Of a stretch of 64,000 nt of DNA, positions 11,886 to 27,697 are shown in pieces (the first letter of the stretch is position 1; each line of letters begins with the position of its first letter). The DNA is taken from contig CALSCP010001674.1 in assembly GCA_943704425.1 (NCBI GenBank), forward strand, positions 1 through 64,000, read 5' to 3'. The notes under the pieces are model-generated. The model had not been told where the DNA came from. It did no database searches and saw only the letters and a list, made by a program, of their open reading frames with translations. Position numbers and translations under genes: made by a program. The stretch is from Ministeria vibrans ATCC 50519 (Eukaryota; Protista; Filasterea).

Positions 11886-14800
11886 AAAAAAAAAAAGATA
11901 AATCGATGGTGCAGTATGCTTTTGTTGGCAGAGTGCAGTGGTATTTACCTCATCAATGTCAGACTCACATGAAACACCTGTGTATCCATTGGTACAGGCA
12001 CACGTGTACTTGTCGACTCCGTCGGTACACACACCTCCATTGTGACAAGGAGAAGAGGCACACTATTAAAGAAGAAGTAAAGTGAAAAAAAAAAATATGA
12101 TGGTGTTTTCAACAGAAATATAATTGGAATTTGTAGGGAAATGAATAAAATAATTATGAAAATTAGTATACCTCATCAATGTTGACTTCACAACGCGAAT
12201 TGGTATAACCAAAAGAACAGGTGCAGCTGTATCCATCGAGTGCATCGACGCAGGTGCCGCCGTTCTGGCACGGGCTGGAGGCACACTCATCAATATTGGA
12301 TTCGCACAGGACACCCGTGCGACCGGCCTGGCACGAGCAGGTGAAGGAGTTTGTTCCGTCCACACAGGGCGCAGTGTGCTGACAGGGAGACGAGGCACAC
12401 TCGTCAATGTTGATATCGCACAGGGCACTTGTGAATCCTGCAGCACACGCACACGAAAATGCATTGAAGGTGTCCAGGCACGAGGCGCCGTTTTGACAGG
12501 GTGAGGACGCACACTCGTCCATGTCGGTGGAGCACGTTGCGTCTGAGTAGCCAGCAGCACACGTACACTCGTAGGTGGAGGAGTCGATAACGACGCACGT
12601 GCCTCCATTGAGACAGGGTGATGCGACGCATGGATCGATGGTTGACTCGCAGAGTGAGCCGGTGTGTGAAGGAGGACACTGGCACGTGAAGTAGAACAAG
12701 AAAAATTGCTTGTTTTCGCATGTTCCACCGTTCTGACAGGGCGAACTAATGCAAGGCTGGCTATTTCCGAGGCACTGGGAGCCATAATACGGCGAAGGAC
12801 AGTCGCATTGCCAACCACAGGCGTAACGACGACGATCGCTATCGTCGTTACACTGCTTTATGGAACAGATGCCACCGTTGGCGCAGGGGTTTGAGGCACA
12901 GTCTGTCTCGGTGGCACACGTGGAACCTGTGTAGCCACTGACGCAGTTGCATGTGTAACCGTTGGGTGCGCCAGAAGAGAAGGTGTGGGAGCAAGTCCCT
13001 CCGTTGCGACAAGGGTTACTTGCGCACAGAGAGGAGTATTGACACTCATCGCCAATGAAGGAGCCGGTGCAGGCACACGTGTAGCCACACGTAGCTGTGT
13101 CGCTGCCAGTGCAAAAAGTCAGGGAGCAAGCGGCGCCATTCTGACATGGGTTACTTGCGCAGCTATCAATGGTGGCGCACGAAGCGCCGGTGAAGCCAGC
13201 GGGACAAACACAGGTGGTGTCGAGGCCATTCCCAGCAACCGAACACACACCGCCATTCTGACATAGATTGGCAGTGGTCGCTTGCACACGATCGATGGGC
13301 GTGTTGCACTCATTTCCGGTGGCCACCGAGATGTTGAGGGTAGCGGCAGTGGACCACTCGAGACCGAGCTCCGTGGAGAAGCACGCCTTGGGGTTGTCGA
13401 CGAAGGTGAAGCCGCCGGTGATGGAGGTGATGCCATCGGCGTCCGTGATGGTTGCCAGGTCGGCGTTGTTCTTGATGAAGATGGGAAAGCAGGAGCAAGC
13501 GGATGAGCCGGTAATCTGCGTGACACTTTCGAGACCCTTGAGCGTCGTCAACTTGGCATTGTTGATAATCTCGAGGCAGGACAGCTTGCCCGACGCGATT
13601 GCACCAAGCACTCCCTCCAATGAGGTGAGATCAGGGTTGGACAAGACATACACCCCATCGGTGATAGTGCACGACGCCGCCAGCGCAACGTTGAGCAACG
13701 ATGGGTTATTGAAAAGATGGTAGGCGCCGCCAATGAACTGCACCTTGGAGAGAGAGGCACTTGTCACGCGTGCATTGTTGATTATCTTGAGGTCACCATG
13801 GACCGTGTCGAGTGCCGGCAGAGCATTCAAGTTGGTCCACCGGTCAACCGAGTCGATAATGAGGTCACCACCCACCGTGGTGAGTTTGGAGAGGGTGCCC
13901 GACTGGAATCCGTTCGACGACGACATGTACAGTGTGCCACCAACATTGGCAATATTAGAGAACTGTCAAGCGAAACAAAACAAAAATTCAAAACAAAAAC
14001 GGTTCCTCCAGGGGTGTTTGAGAGCGATTGATTAATTATTATTATTATTACCTTTGAGATGTCGTCCCAGTCAAGATTGGAAGGACCCATTGAGAGGTCA
14101 CCGGCGACGTTGGACAGCAATGGAGTGTCCATGTTGTCGAAATCGGGATTGGCAGAGACCAAGAAATTGCCCCCGATAGAGGTGAGCTTTTCGAGCTTGA
14201 TGTTGCGTAGCTGACCGTTATTGACAAAGGCAGCCCCCAAGCTCAGAGTGGGGACATCTGAGGCCTGGTAGGTGACAAGGTCGGGGCAGTTGATGAGAGC
14301 CATGCCGCCGACACTGGTGAGACTGCCGAAGTCGAGGGAGTTGAGCTGATTGTTGTTGGTCAAGTTGAGCCAGCCGCCGACGGAGACAAGGTCGTCAAGA
14401 TTGGCTGTGCGCAAATCGGCGTTGCCCGAGACGACCAGATCTCCTCCGACGAATTTGATGGACTCGAGAAAGTCGAGATCGCGCCCACTGCCACTTGTCA
14501 TTGTGGGCACAAAGATCTACACACATGATTAATGGGTTGACTCTTGTGAGAATCGGCGGCGGCGAGATGCACAAACGAACGAGAAGAGAGCGAAAAATAA
14601 AAAATGCACTACGGAAATTTTTGGATGTCACACTCAACGCGTTCTTCCTATGGCGGCAGCAATGCGAGCGTATGAGGGCATTAAGAACACCGACTATGAG
14701 GTTCGCATTCGACTTTGTGGCGTCCGTGAGTGCAGGACAGTGTCACATTGCGACTTTTGGGTCTGTGAACTTTGCGGGTTGAACAAAATTCCCTCAGCTG

Positions 14801-15168
14801 CTGAAACAGTGAGGCGAAGAAGGACGGAGAAAAGGAGGTGGGAGAGACGAAGGCCTTGAATGGGGATGAGAATGTCGAGTGCGCAGCGAGAAAGACGAGC
14901 GGGAAGGGGAAACGGCAGACGACTTTGCGGTAAGAGCGATGTCCATATGACTTACAAGAACGTCACCGGTGACGGTGACTGCATCGATATCGGCAACAAG
15001 ATCGTCTCTGACTGAGCTTGAGACAGGCACATTGACGATGAGATCGCCGGTAATCGTCACACAGTTATCGATAGTGTTCACATTGTGTGACCATACTCCG
15101 CCTTCGCAAGCGCCCCGAACGACCGACGGCACGACCATAAGGGCCAGCAGTGCCAAGATCAAGTGCAT
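6545..15168 (-). CDS. Receptor tyrosine kinase: signal peptide, L-domain-like repeats, ~22 EGF, ZU5-like insert, ~7 EGF, TM, Tyr-rich cytoplasmic region, TK domain (subdomains VIII-XI missing)
   Basis: Signal peptide MHLILALLALMVVPSVVRG; L-domain repeats (LTTVGGDLII..., LDTVHGDLKIINN); cbEGF repeats (DECASSPCQNGGTC); TM ~9012-9086; kinase motifs LGKGEFGKV, VAVKTL, and exons 6691-6772 and 6545-6625 giving FVHRD|LAARNILV...KVADFGLSR (HRDLAARN is the tyrosine-kinase signature). Confidence 0.9.
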
Positions 15169-15284
15169 TCGGAAGCAGACTTGGAAAGACAAGATAAATT
15201 TATGACGGACATCCGACTGTGAACTGTGAACTGTCTTATTCATAACTCGATCGTAAAATCGACTTACTTTTTTTTTTTGTTATC

Positions 15285-17516
15285 ATGTCAAAGTTTATCA
15301 AGTCGCTAAGCTCGTACAAGAGCGCCTTTCTCGTACAAGATTTGATGAGGCAAAGCGCGGTGTCGTAAATAACGCTTCGTCTTGCTCGTTGTTGTTTCAG
15401 GGCGCTGATCTACGCCGGGCGGGGCGCTTTGATCGCGGCACAATCAAGATGCCATTGGCGTACGACGACACATACATGCTCACACAGACACGCTCACCCG
15501 CAATCACTTTTTTTTTTTTTTTTTTTTTTTTCTATGTTCTCCTCATGGGATGTAATATCATAATAATAATACGATGTAGATTGTACTTTCGCACTCAGCG
15601 TCTGCTGGCGACGTACGACGGCACACAGCTGCGTGAAGACTCGGCAGCGCTGATGGACGCCATCAACCATCGTCGCGTGTACGCTCAGAGGCCCATGTCG
15701 CTGCTGTTGCCCGAGTCGGTGATGCTGCGCAGTGAGGCGAAACGTCTGAAACAGGCGGCGCATCAAAGTGTTCGCGACGAGAAGCTGAAGCGAGACGAGC
15801 GGGGAGCGTTCAAGGCACGACAGCGCGCCGAGAGGGAGCGTCTGCCCAAAGGGATAGTGGGCGAAGAGGAAGATGAAGAAGAGAAGGGCAAAGGGGGAGC
15901 AGAGGAGGAGGAGGAGGAGGACAACCAGCGGCAAGTGGTGGCGACGGTGACGTCGGGATCCGCCGCGAGTGAGGCGCTCGTGTCTCGCGAAGACCTCAAA
16001 GAGATTGTACACAGTACGTTGAGCAAACGCCTGGATACGCGTGCGATGCAGACGATCCGGTATGGTCGCCGTGAGAGCATTGCCTACCTGGCGGAGCGCA
16101 TGAACAATTGCTATGGCGCCACCTACAGAGTGTTGCACGACCTTTCGGCGCTACTGCCGGATCTGCAGCCTGACCGAGTGCTCGACTTTGGGTCGGGTCT
16201 TGGCTCGACAGTGTGGGCGGTGCGCGAGGCGTTTGGGAGGCGTCTGGACGAGCGCACATTCACACTGGTGGACACGTCGGAAGCCATGAATGAACTGTGC
16301 AATGTGATGCTCAAGGGACCAAAGCAGGCGCTAGTGGACGCACAGACGGCAAAGCTCGCCTCTCCTCGCGGCCGAGTTTACCGCGACGAAGCCGTTGACG
16401 ACGCCGGCGACCTCACCAAGGGTGTCTCGTACAGCCGCTTCCTCCCGCTCGGCAGCGAATGGATGCGCCACTTTGACTTGGTGGTGTCGGGCCAATCATT
16501 GTCAGAACTGCCCTCTATCAAAATGAAAGTGCTCGTTCTGCGCGCACTTTGGAATGCCACTCGTGACTCCCTCGTGATCATTGAGCCGGGCACCAAAGAG
16601 GGTCATGACAATGTTCTCTTTGCCCGCAATATGATCGTCAATCACTTTCACTTGGGCAAAAAGGACAAAGTGGATTCGGGCCATATTGTCGCTCCAGTAA
16701 AACACACTAAGCACACACTAAGCACACCGAATCATGACAATGTTTACTGATTGTGTGTTTTAGTGTCCGCATTCAATGGAGTGTCCCTTGGCTAATACTC
16801 CAATGGGCTGTGTGTTTGGATACCAAGTGAACGCGACAGAGAGACAGGTTAGACTAGACTACCATATATATATAATTATATATGTATATAAACTAACGCG
16901 GGACTTTCTTATCTGTGAATGCGTGACTATGTGTGTGTAGACGATGACAAGAACTGTGAAGAGTCAAGGACACAAAGTGGACCATTATTCATACGTGGTG
17001 TTGCGAAAGAATGAGGCAGACACGGGCGTTCGTCCAGAGACTCCCTTGCGCGATTCTGATGGTATGTTTTTATAGATGTATATGTTGTGAGAGAGAGTGT
17101 GTGTGTATGTGTGTGGTGGTGGTGGTGGTGGTGGAAATGTGTTCATGTGTGTCGTTGTAGTGAGTCGCCTTGTGAAGCACGCGCCTGACCGTCGGCGCGC
17201 TCATATTGAGATGAAGCTGTGTACGCCAGAGGGTGCGCTTGAGTCGCGTACGTTGACGTCGCAACAGGATGGTGCTTTGCTGTGGTCTGATGCGCGTCGA
17301 AGACATGTGGGTGATCTGTGGAGTCCTCGACTGGCTGAGCTCGCTGAGGGGCCCCGACGAGATCGCTTTAATCGATGGCAGGAGAATGATGATGGGGAGG
17401 AGGAGGAAGAGGAGGAGATGGCGGAGGAGACGGTCGAAGAGGAAGTTGTGAAGCCAAAAAGACTGCTGAGTCGTCGTGAGCGACTTCGTAATATTCGCAG
17501 GGGAGGAACATCGTAA
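15285..17516 (+). CDS. METTL17: Mitoribosome small-subunit assembly methyltransferase-like protein (Rsm22/METTL17), multi-exon
   Basis: VLDFGSGLGS, FDLVVSGQSLSEL, LVIIEPGTKEG, HIVAP|CPHSMECPL, FSYVVLRK, LCTPEG, ARRRHVGDLW; the Cys residues typical of the family are retained. Confidence 0.85.
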
Positions 17517-17778
17517 TAATGTTTTATTATTATTATTATTATTATATTCTGACTGTGTTTTTGCGTGGCGACTGTATCATAATAAATGGGTTGTAAATTA
17601 TTATTATTATTCGATTCGGATATAATTACTTGATTCATGTTTTACAATTTTCTGCGATCACGTGCGGAAGACGAAAAATGATATTGTAATATTTTTAATT
17701 ATTCTTCGTATGATTGATTAACATTCGCTCGATTTGAGTTGCATAAATGATAATTAATTTGCATTTTTTTTTCACATA

Positions 17779-22437
<4,659 letters not shown>

Positions 22438-22626
22438 TAATAATGAAGATATTATGTAGAATTGTCATGATTGATGTGTGTATTACTATTATTATCCTTC
22501 TGTATCTGAGATGAGTACGCTATCAATTTTATTATTTTAATTTAATATTTTTATTGCTCTTGATTTTCTATTAAATTATTGATTTTTATTTTTTTTGTTA
22601 CACATTATTTTTATTAATAATTATTG

Positions 22627-24485
22627 ATGTCTGTGATCCTCCACTTGGACCTTGATTGCTACTATGCTCAAGTGGAGGAGCAGCGCCTCGGACTCACCGT
22701 GCGTTTCTGTGTTGTGTTGCTCGTCGCTTTCGCGTCTTCACTTTGCTTGACTCTCTCTCCCTCTCTCTTTGTAGGGAAGTGGTCGACCACTGGCCGTGCT
22801 GCAGTGGTCCAATTTGATCGCGGTAAACTACGAGGCGAAGAAATGCGGTGTAAAGCGCTCGGTGACGGCGGAGGAGGCGCGAAAGCTTTGCTCCGACATT
22901 GTTCTTGCGCACGTCGCGACTCTTACCGCCGGTGACACGCGCCCCGTCTATCGTGAGGCTCACCAGGTCGACATCACGACACACAAGGCATCGCTTGATT
23001 CGTACCGCGCTGCATCGGCTCGCATCATGGCTCTGATTGCGGCCGAGGGGTACCTGTTTCAACGGGCGGGCACCGACGAGTGCTTTTTGGATGTGACCAC
23101 CAAGGCACGCGCCATGGCCGCAGCAGAGGCGGGCAAGCCGTGTGACTGGACCGACTTGGGTTTGGTGTTGGGTGAGGCGGGCCACGAGTTGCCTGAAGGC
23201 AAAGGAATGGAAGAAGAGGACGACGACGAGGAAGGGGTCGAGGTTGACAGTCCTGACGACGACGACGCCGCCAACGAGACCAACGATGGAGAGGAGGAGG
23301 ACATGCCCGAAGAGGAGACTGATCGAGTTGAAGTAGACGAGGCCAACGATGCTCTAATGCGAGCGGGGGCCGTCATTGCGAGCCAAATTCGCGCCAAATT
23401 GTGGAACAACCTCAAATTTCGCGCTTCGGCTGGCATTGCGCCCAACAAGCTCCTTGCAAAGCTAGGATCAGCTTTGAACAAGCCCAATGGACAGGCTGTG
23501 GTTCGTTTGGCGTACGCGCCTATCCTGCTGCGCCAAACGCGACTGCGCAAGATTCCACAATTGGGTGGGAAGTTGGGGAGTCTGGTGGAAAAGCATTTTG
23601 GTGTGGGCATCATGGCGGGTGATGCGGCACTGCAGAGTCGCTCAAGAGGGCAAATGCGTGCCATTCTGGGAGAAGATGCAGGATCGTTTGTCTACAATGC
23701 AGGTAAAGGAACGGAATGATAATGCCCAGCTCATGAAAATGCAATACTAACGTAATATTGTAGTGCGCGGAATTGGATCGACGAAGGTGAAGGAGAACGA
23801 CAAGGTGAAGAGCATTATGGCAGCGAAAAACGTGGGGAAGAAGGTGGACACGCGTGTGCAGATGGTGCCGTGGCTGGACATGCTTGCGGTGGAGGTTGGA
23901 ATGCGGTGTGCAGCAGATGAGAGTGTGTATGGGCGTCGGGCGCTGCGTCTCAATGTGTACTTTCGACATGCGAGCAAGACTTCGTCTCGGGGGTGTCGTA
24001 TGCCTGGTTTGAATGCATATGGGTGTGGAGAAGCCATTGCGCGTGCGGCACGTGCAGTGCTGGAGCAAGTTCCGGATGCAGAGCTGTTCCCCTGTGGCTG
24101 GCTTGCTCTCTCTGCGTCGCAATTTGTGGATGTGGCACATGGAAAGGCTTCAATTGAGCACTTTTTTGCGGGTGGTAGTGGTGACAAGCAGACGGAGGGT
24201 GGAGAGCAGCCTTGCGTTGGTGGTGAGGAAGGCAGTCGCTGTGGCGAGTGTGGTGCGACGGTGCCCTTAGGGGCCGAACAGGAGCACTCGGACATGCACA
24301 TGGCACGCAATCTGCTGCGGCAGGAGCGACAGGACCGGCTCAAGCGTGCCCGTCCAGTGTCGAGCAGTGACAAAAGCAAAGGAGGGCGAGGTGGTGGTGG
24401 CGGTGGAGCGTCCGTGTCCTCATCATCGTCTTCCGCTCCGAAGCGACCATGCATTGAGAATTTCTTTAAAAAGAAAGGCGTGTAA
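22627..24485 (+). CDS. POLH: Y-family DNA polymerase eta, 3 exons
   Basis: LHLDLDCYYAQVE, QW..LIAVNYEAK..GV, KASLDSYR.AS, TDECFLD, SAGIAPNKLLAKL.S.LNKPNGQ, LGGKLG, KSIMAAKN; C-terminal UBZ (CGEC...QEHSDMHMA) and PIP-like IENFF. Confidence 0.92.
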
Positions 24486-24680
24486 AACTGAAACGGTGTA
24501 CAATTAAGTTTCAAAATGATTTGTCTAGCGAGGTGAATAATTATAATAATAATAATAATAAATTTATTGGTACCATATTCAAAGATTAACAGCGCTTGTT
24601 CCGCCTTGATTTTTTTTGTTTCGTTCAACATTGACGAACTACTTTGAATACATCTTCTTCTTACTAAACTGATTATTTTT

Positions 24681-24848
24681 ATGAAAAGTGTGGATTCCTA
24701 GGATTATTATATGAAAAGTGTGGATTCTCGATTATTATATAAAAGTGTGGATTCTATGGATTATTATATGAAAAGTGTGGATTCTATGGATTATTATATG
24801 AAAAAGGTGTATTCTATGGATTATTATATGAAAAGTGTGGATTCTACT
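24681..24848. repeat. 30-bp minisatellite, ~5.5 copies, intergenic
   Basis: atgaaaagtgtggattctatggattattat repeated head to tail with few substitutions. Confidence 0.9.
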
Positions 24849-25459
24849 CGGTGTTATTTTAATATAAATACATATAAAAGTATCGGACTCAAATTTAATC
24901 AAATATAAAGTGGAATTTCGGTTTGATTTGATATCAACGATGTCAGAATGGGAGAGAGAACAGCTGCAACAACACACGATGTTAGTGGTTATTTCGTAGG
25001 TGATCCCTGTCTGTTAACGTTGTTGCAATTGAACAACAAAATGTCTGATGTGGCACAATAAGGTATAATATAGCTATAAATCATAGACCCTCAAACCCCT
25101 GGGATTCCCCCGGGAGATCCCAGAGGGTATTAATAGCAAAGTCGCAAACTACATGTTACCATGCATGGACGGCTACATATTAAAATCTGGTTCGATGGTT
25201 TGTCCGCCTGTAGGAATGACAATCTCCCGCAAATGACAGAACAGACAACGATGAACGAGGCACGAGCTAAGGTACATTATTATTTATTAACACATAACAG
25301 ACAACATCACAACAACAACGCAACCATGCATGGTCGCAAAAATAAAATCGGGAATATCCCATTATCTAAATTACTCGGAACCCAAAATAGGTTACTTTTG
25401 TCAACCTTTTCCTATCAGCTAAAATCAAATTAAAAAAATCACAATAATTTTCTCTTTCC

Positions 25460-27629
25460 ATGTCCCAATCCACCCCCGAAACACACCCGCTGCACGCGGC
25501 AGTGCTGAAAAGCGACGAAAAAGCGCTGGAAGCGGCGCTTTCAACGGACGGCGCTGATCTCGACGCCGTCGACCACCACGGCAACACGGCACTGCACCTG
25601 GCGTGCATGCTTCGCGCCACGGCCTGCGCCAAGCTTCTCGTTGACGCTGGCGCGTCCGCCAAGAAGCGGTCGGTTGCGGCGTGGTCGCCCTACGACGAAT
25701 CCATTTCCAACGGCGACCGTGAACTTGTCGGTCTGCTGCTCAAGCGACGCCGCGAGGAGTCCGAGGCTGCCTTCCGCACACGCACCCCGCAGCTCCTCCA
25801 GAAGATCGAAGAGGTACTCCGTGGCGCCGAATGGCCCTCCGGTTTTCCGCTAAACGCCGAACTGTATAGATGCCTGACTTTTCCATTGAAATGTCGTGGG
25901 AATTCACGACGTGGATTCCCTTGCTTGGGCGACTCCTTCCGCGCGACACCTGGCTGATCCAGAAGTGCGGGCGTCAGTTGCGTATCGACACGACGCTCAG
26001 GGACTTCCGAGGCATGTCGTGGCAGCGTGGGAACCTGTCGTACCTTGTGTCGGAGCGCCAAGGCAAACTGGTGTTTGTCGAAGTCGACCGAGGTACCCTT
26101 TCACTTCATGTGGATTATTCCGCTTTGGCTTATGCACGAGTTGCGTAGATGAAAAGACATACGAAATCAATGAGACTAAGTTGGTCCCCGACGAGAAAAA
26201 GTCTGAGAGCGACGACGACGACGACGACGACGTCGAAGACGATGATCAAGGAGACGACAAAGACAACGAGGACAACAGCAGCAAGAGTGCGATGGACGTG
26301 GACGAAGATGGAGCGCCTCGGCGAGAGGAATCTGCGATTGAGCGGCGACGACGGCGACGACGGGAGCGCCATCAACGACGCCGCGAGAACACGGAGGAGA
26401 TCATAGACGAGCTGCTGAGCCACGACATCTCAAACACGTTTGTGGATGAGGACAAGATTAGCTTTGAGCGAGTAAGTATCTGTGTATTTATGTATGTGTG
26501 TTTTGTCTTTGTGGTGTGTGTGTGTGTTGTTGTTGTTGTTGTCTTTGTGTTGTCTTTGTGGTGTGTGTGTTGTCTTTGTGGTGTGTAACTAACAAAGAAA
26601 AGCACACACCCTTACGCTCTCTCGCTCTTCTGACTTTAGGTTCGCACTGGGTTTCCCGGTTGGCGGTATGATAAAGTGGAGTCTGTGGGTGGGTATGAGG
26701 CAAAGGTGTTTGAAGTGAAAGAGGCGTCGTTGCGGGCGGTCAAACGGCAAGAGCACCTGACAGAGGAGGACATTAGACGCAATGAGCGCAAGAAGACGCA
26801 CTTTATGCAAAACACGGGAGCGGCACTCAAAGGGGTTCTCACGAAACACGATGAAGATGCATGTTGTGATGGTGATGAAGAAGACACCGATGAGGATGAG
26901 ACGACAAGCTGTGCATTGGCGATCAAAGAGACAGACACGGAAGGGAATGAGACGAAGGGCAAAAAGGATGCGAAGGATGCCTATGTCGTGCAGAGGGAGT
27001 CGCTTCCCCCACCCCCTCGCCCCTCACAGGCCACAGTGGACGCGTATTTTTCCGCAGAGGCCAATCCCCTTGATCAGAGCACATGGTACCTGGGACGGCC
27101 CATGCGCCTCAAGGAGAACACAACAGCCTTTAAGGCAACTCTCGCCATGGCCGACGACTTTCCTGTCCCTCTCACCGACGTATTTAGAACATGAACATGA
27201 TACCCGTTCCCTCTGTGACCATACTAAGTATTCGTCCATTCTTTCTCTTTTCTAGATTCTCCCTCTCCTTGAGATCATGGCCAACACTCAGTCTCACGCT
27301 GAGCGGCTCAGGCAGTTCCTTTCCGGCGCCCTCCCCCCCGGATTTCCCGTCAAAATTGGTACTGTCGCAAAAATATCCGCATTCAAAATTAGTGTACTCC
27401 TGCCCTTTGTTCTTTCTCTCTCTCTCCTCTCTGTATCACTTCTGCTTCTCTTTCTCTTCTCACTTTTACTTTCTCTCCCTCTTGTCCCCCGTCCATAGAG
27501 ATCCCTCTGATTGCGACTGTTCAAGCGCGCATCTGCTTTACCAACTTTTCCAATGGCCCTCAGGATGAGTCGTTCTTTGCCATCCCCGACGGATTTCGTC
27601 GTGTCGTCACAATGCCACAGAACAAATAA
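25460..27629 (+). CDS. ANKRD13: ANKRD13-family protein (ankyrin repeats plus GPCR-chaperone domain), multi-exon
   Basis: HPLH, GNTALHLA, WSP..E.I..G; MPDFSIEMSWEFTTWIPLLGRLLP.DT..I.K.G..LRIDTTL..F..MSWQRG; FKATL.M.DDFP; PPGFPVKI|EIP; stop 27627-27629. Confidence 0.9.
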
Positions 27630-27697
27630 AATATTTTTATAATAATAATAAAATTAATATAATAAAATTAATAATAAATAATTGCATTTTGGTGTGG

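Noticed and set aside
6804-13926. Calling the EGF-rich receptor Notch
   Set aside because: No LNR, NOD or ankyrin repeats; the cytoplasmic part is a tyrosine kinase.
24681-24848. 30-bp repeats as a CRISPR array
   Set aside because: The units are contiguous with no unique spacers, there are no cas genes, and the context is eukaryotic.
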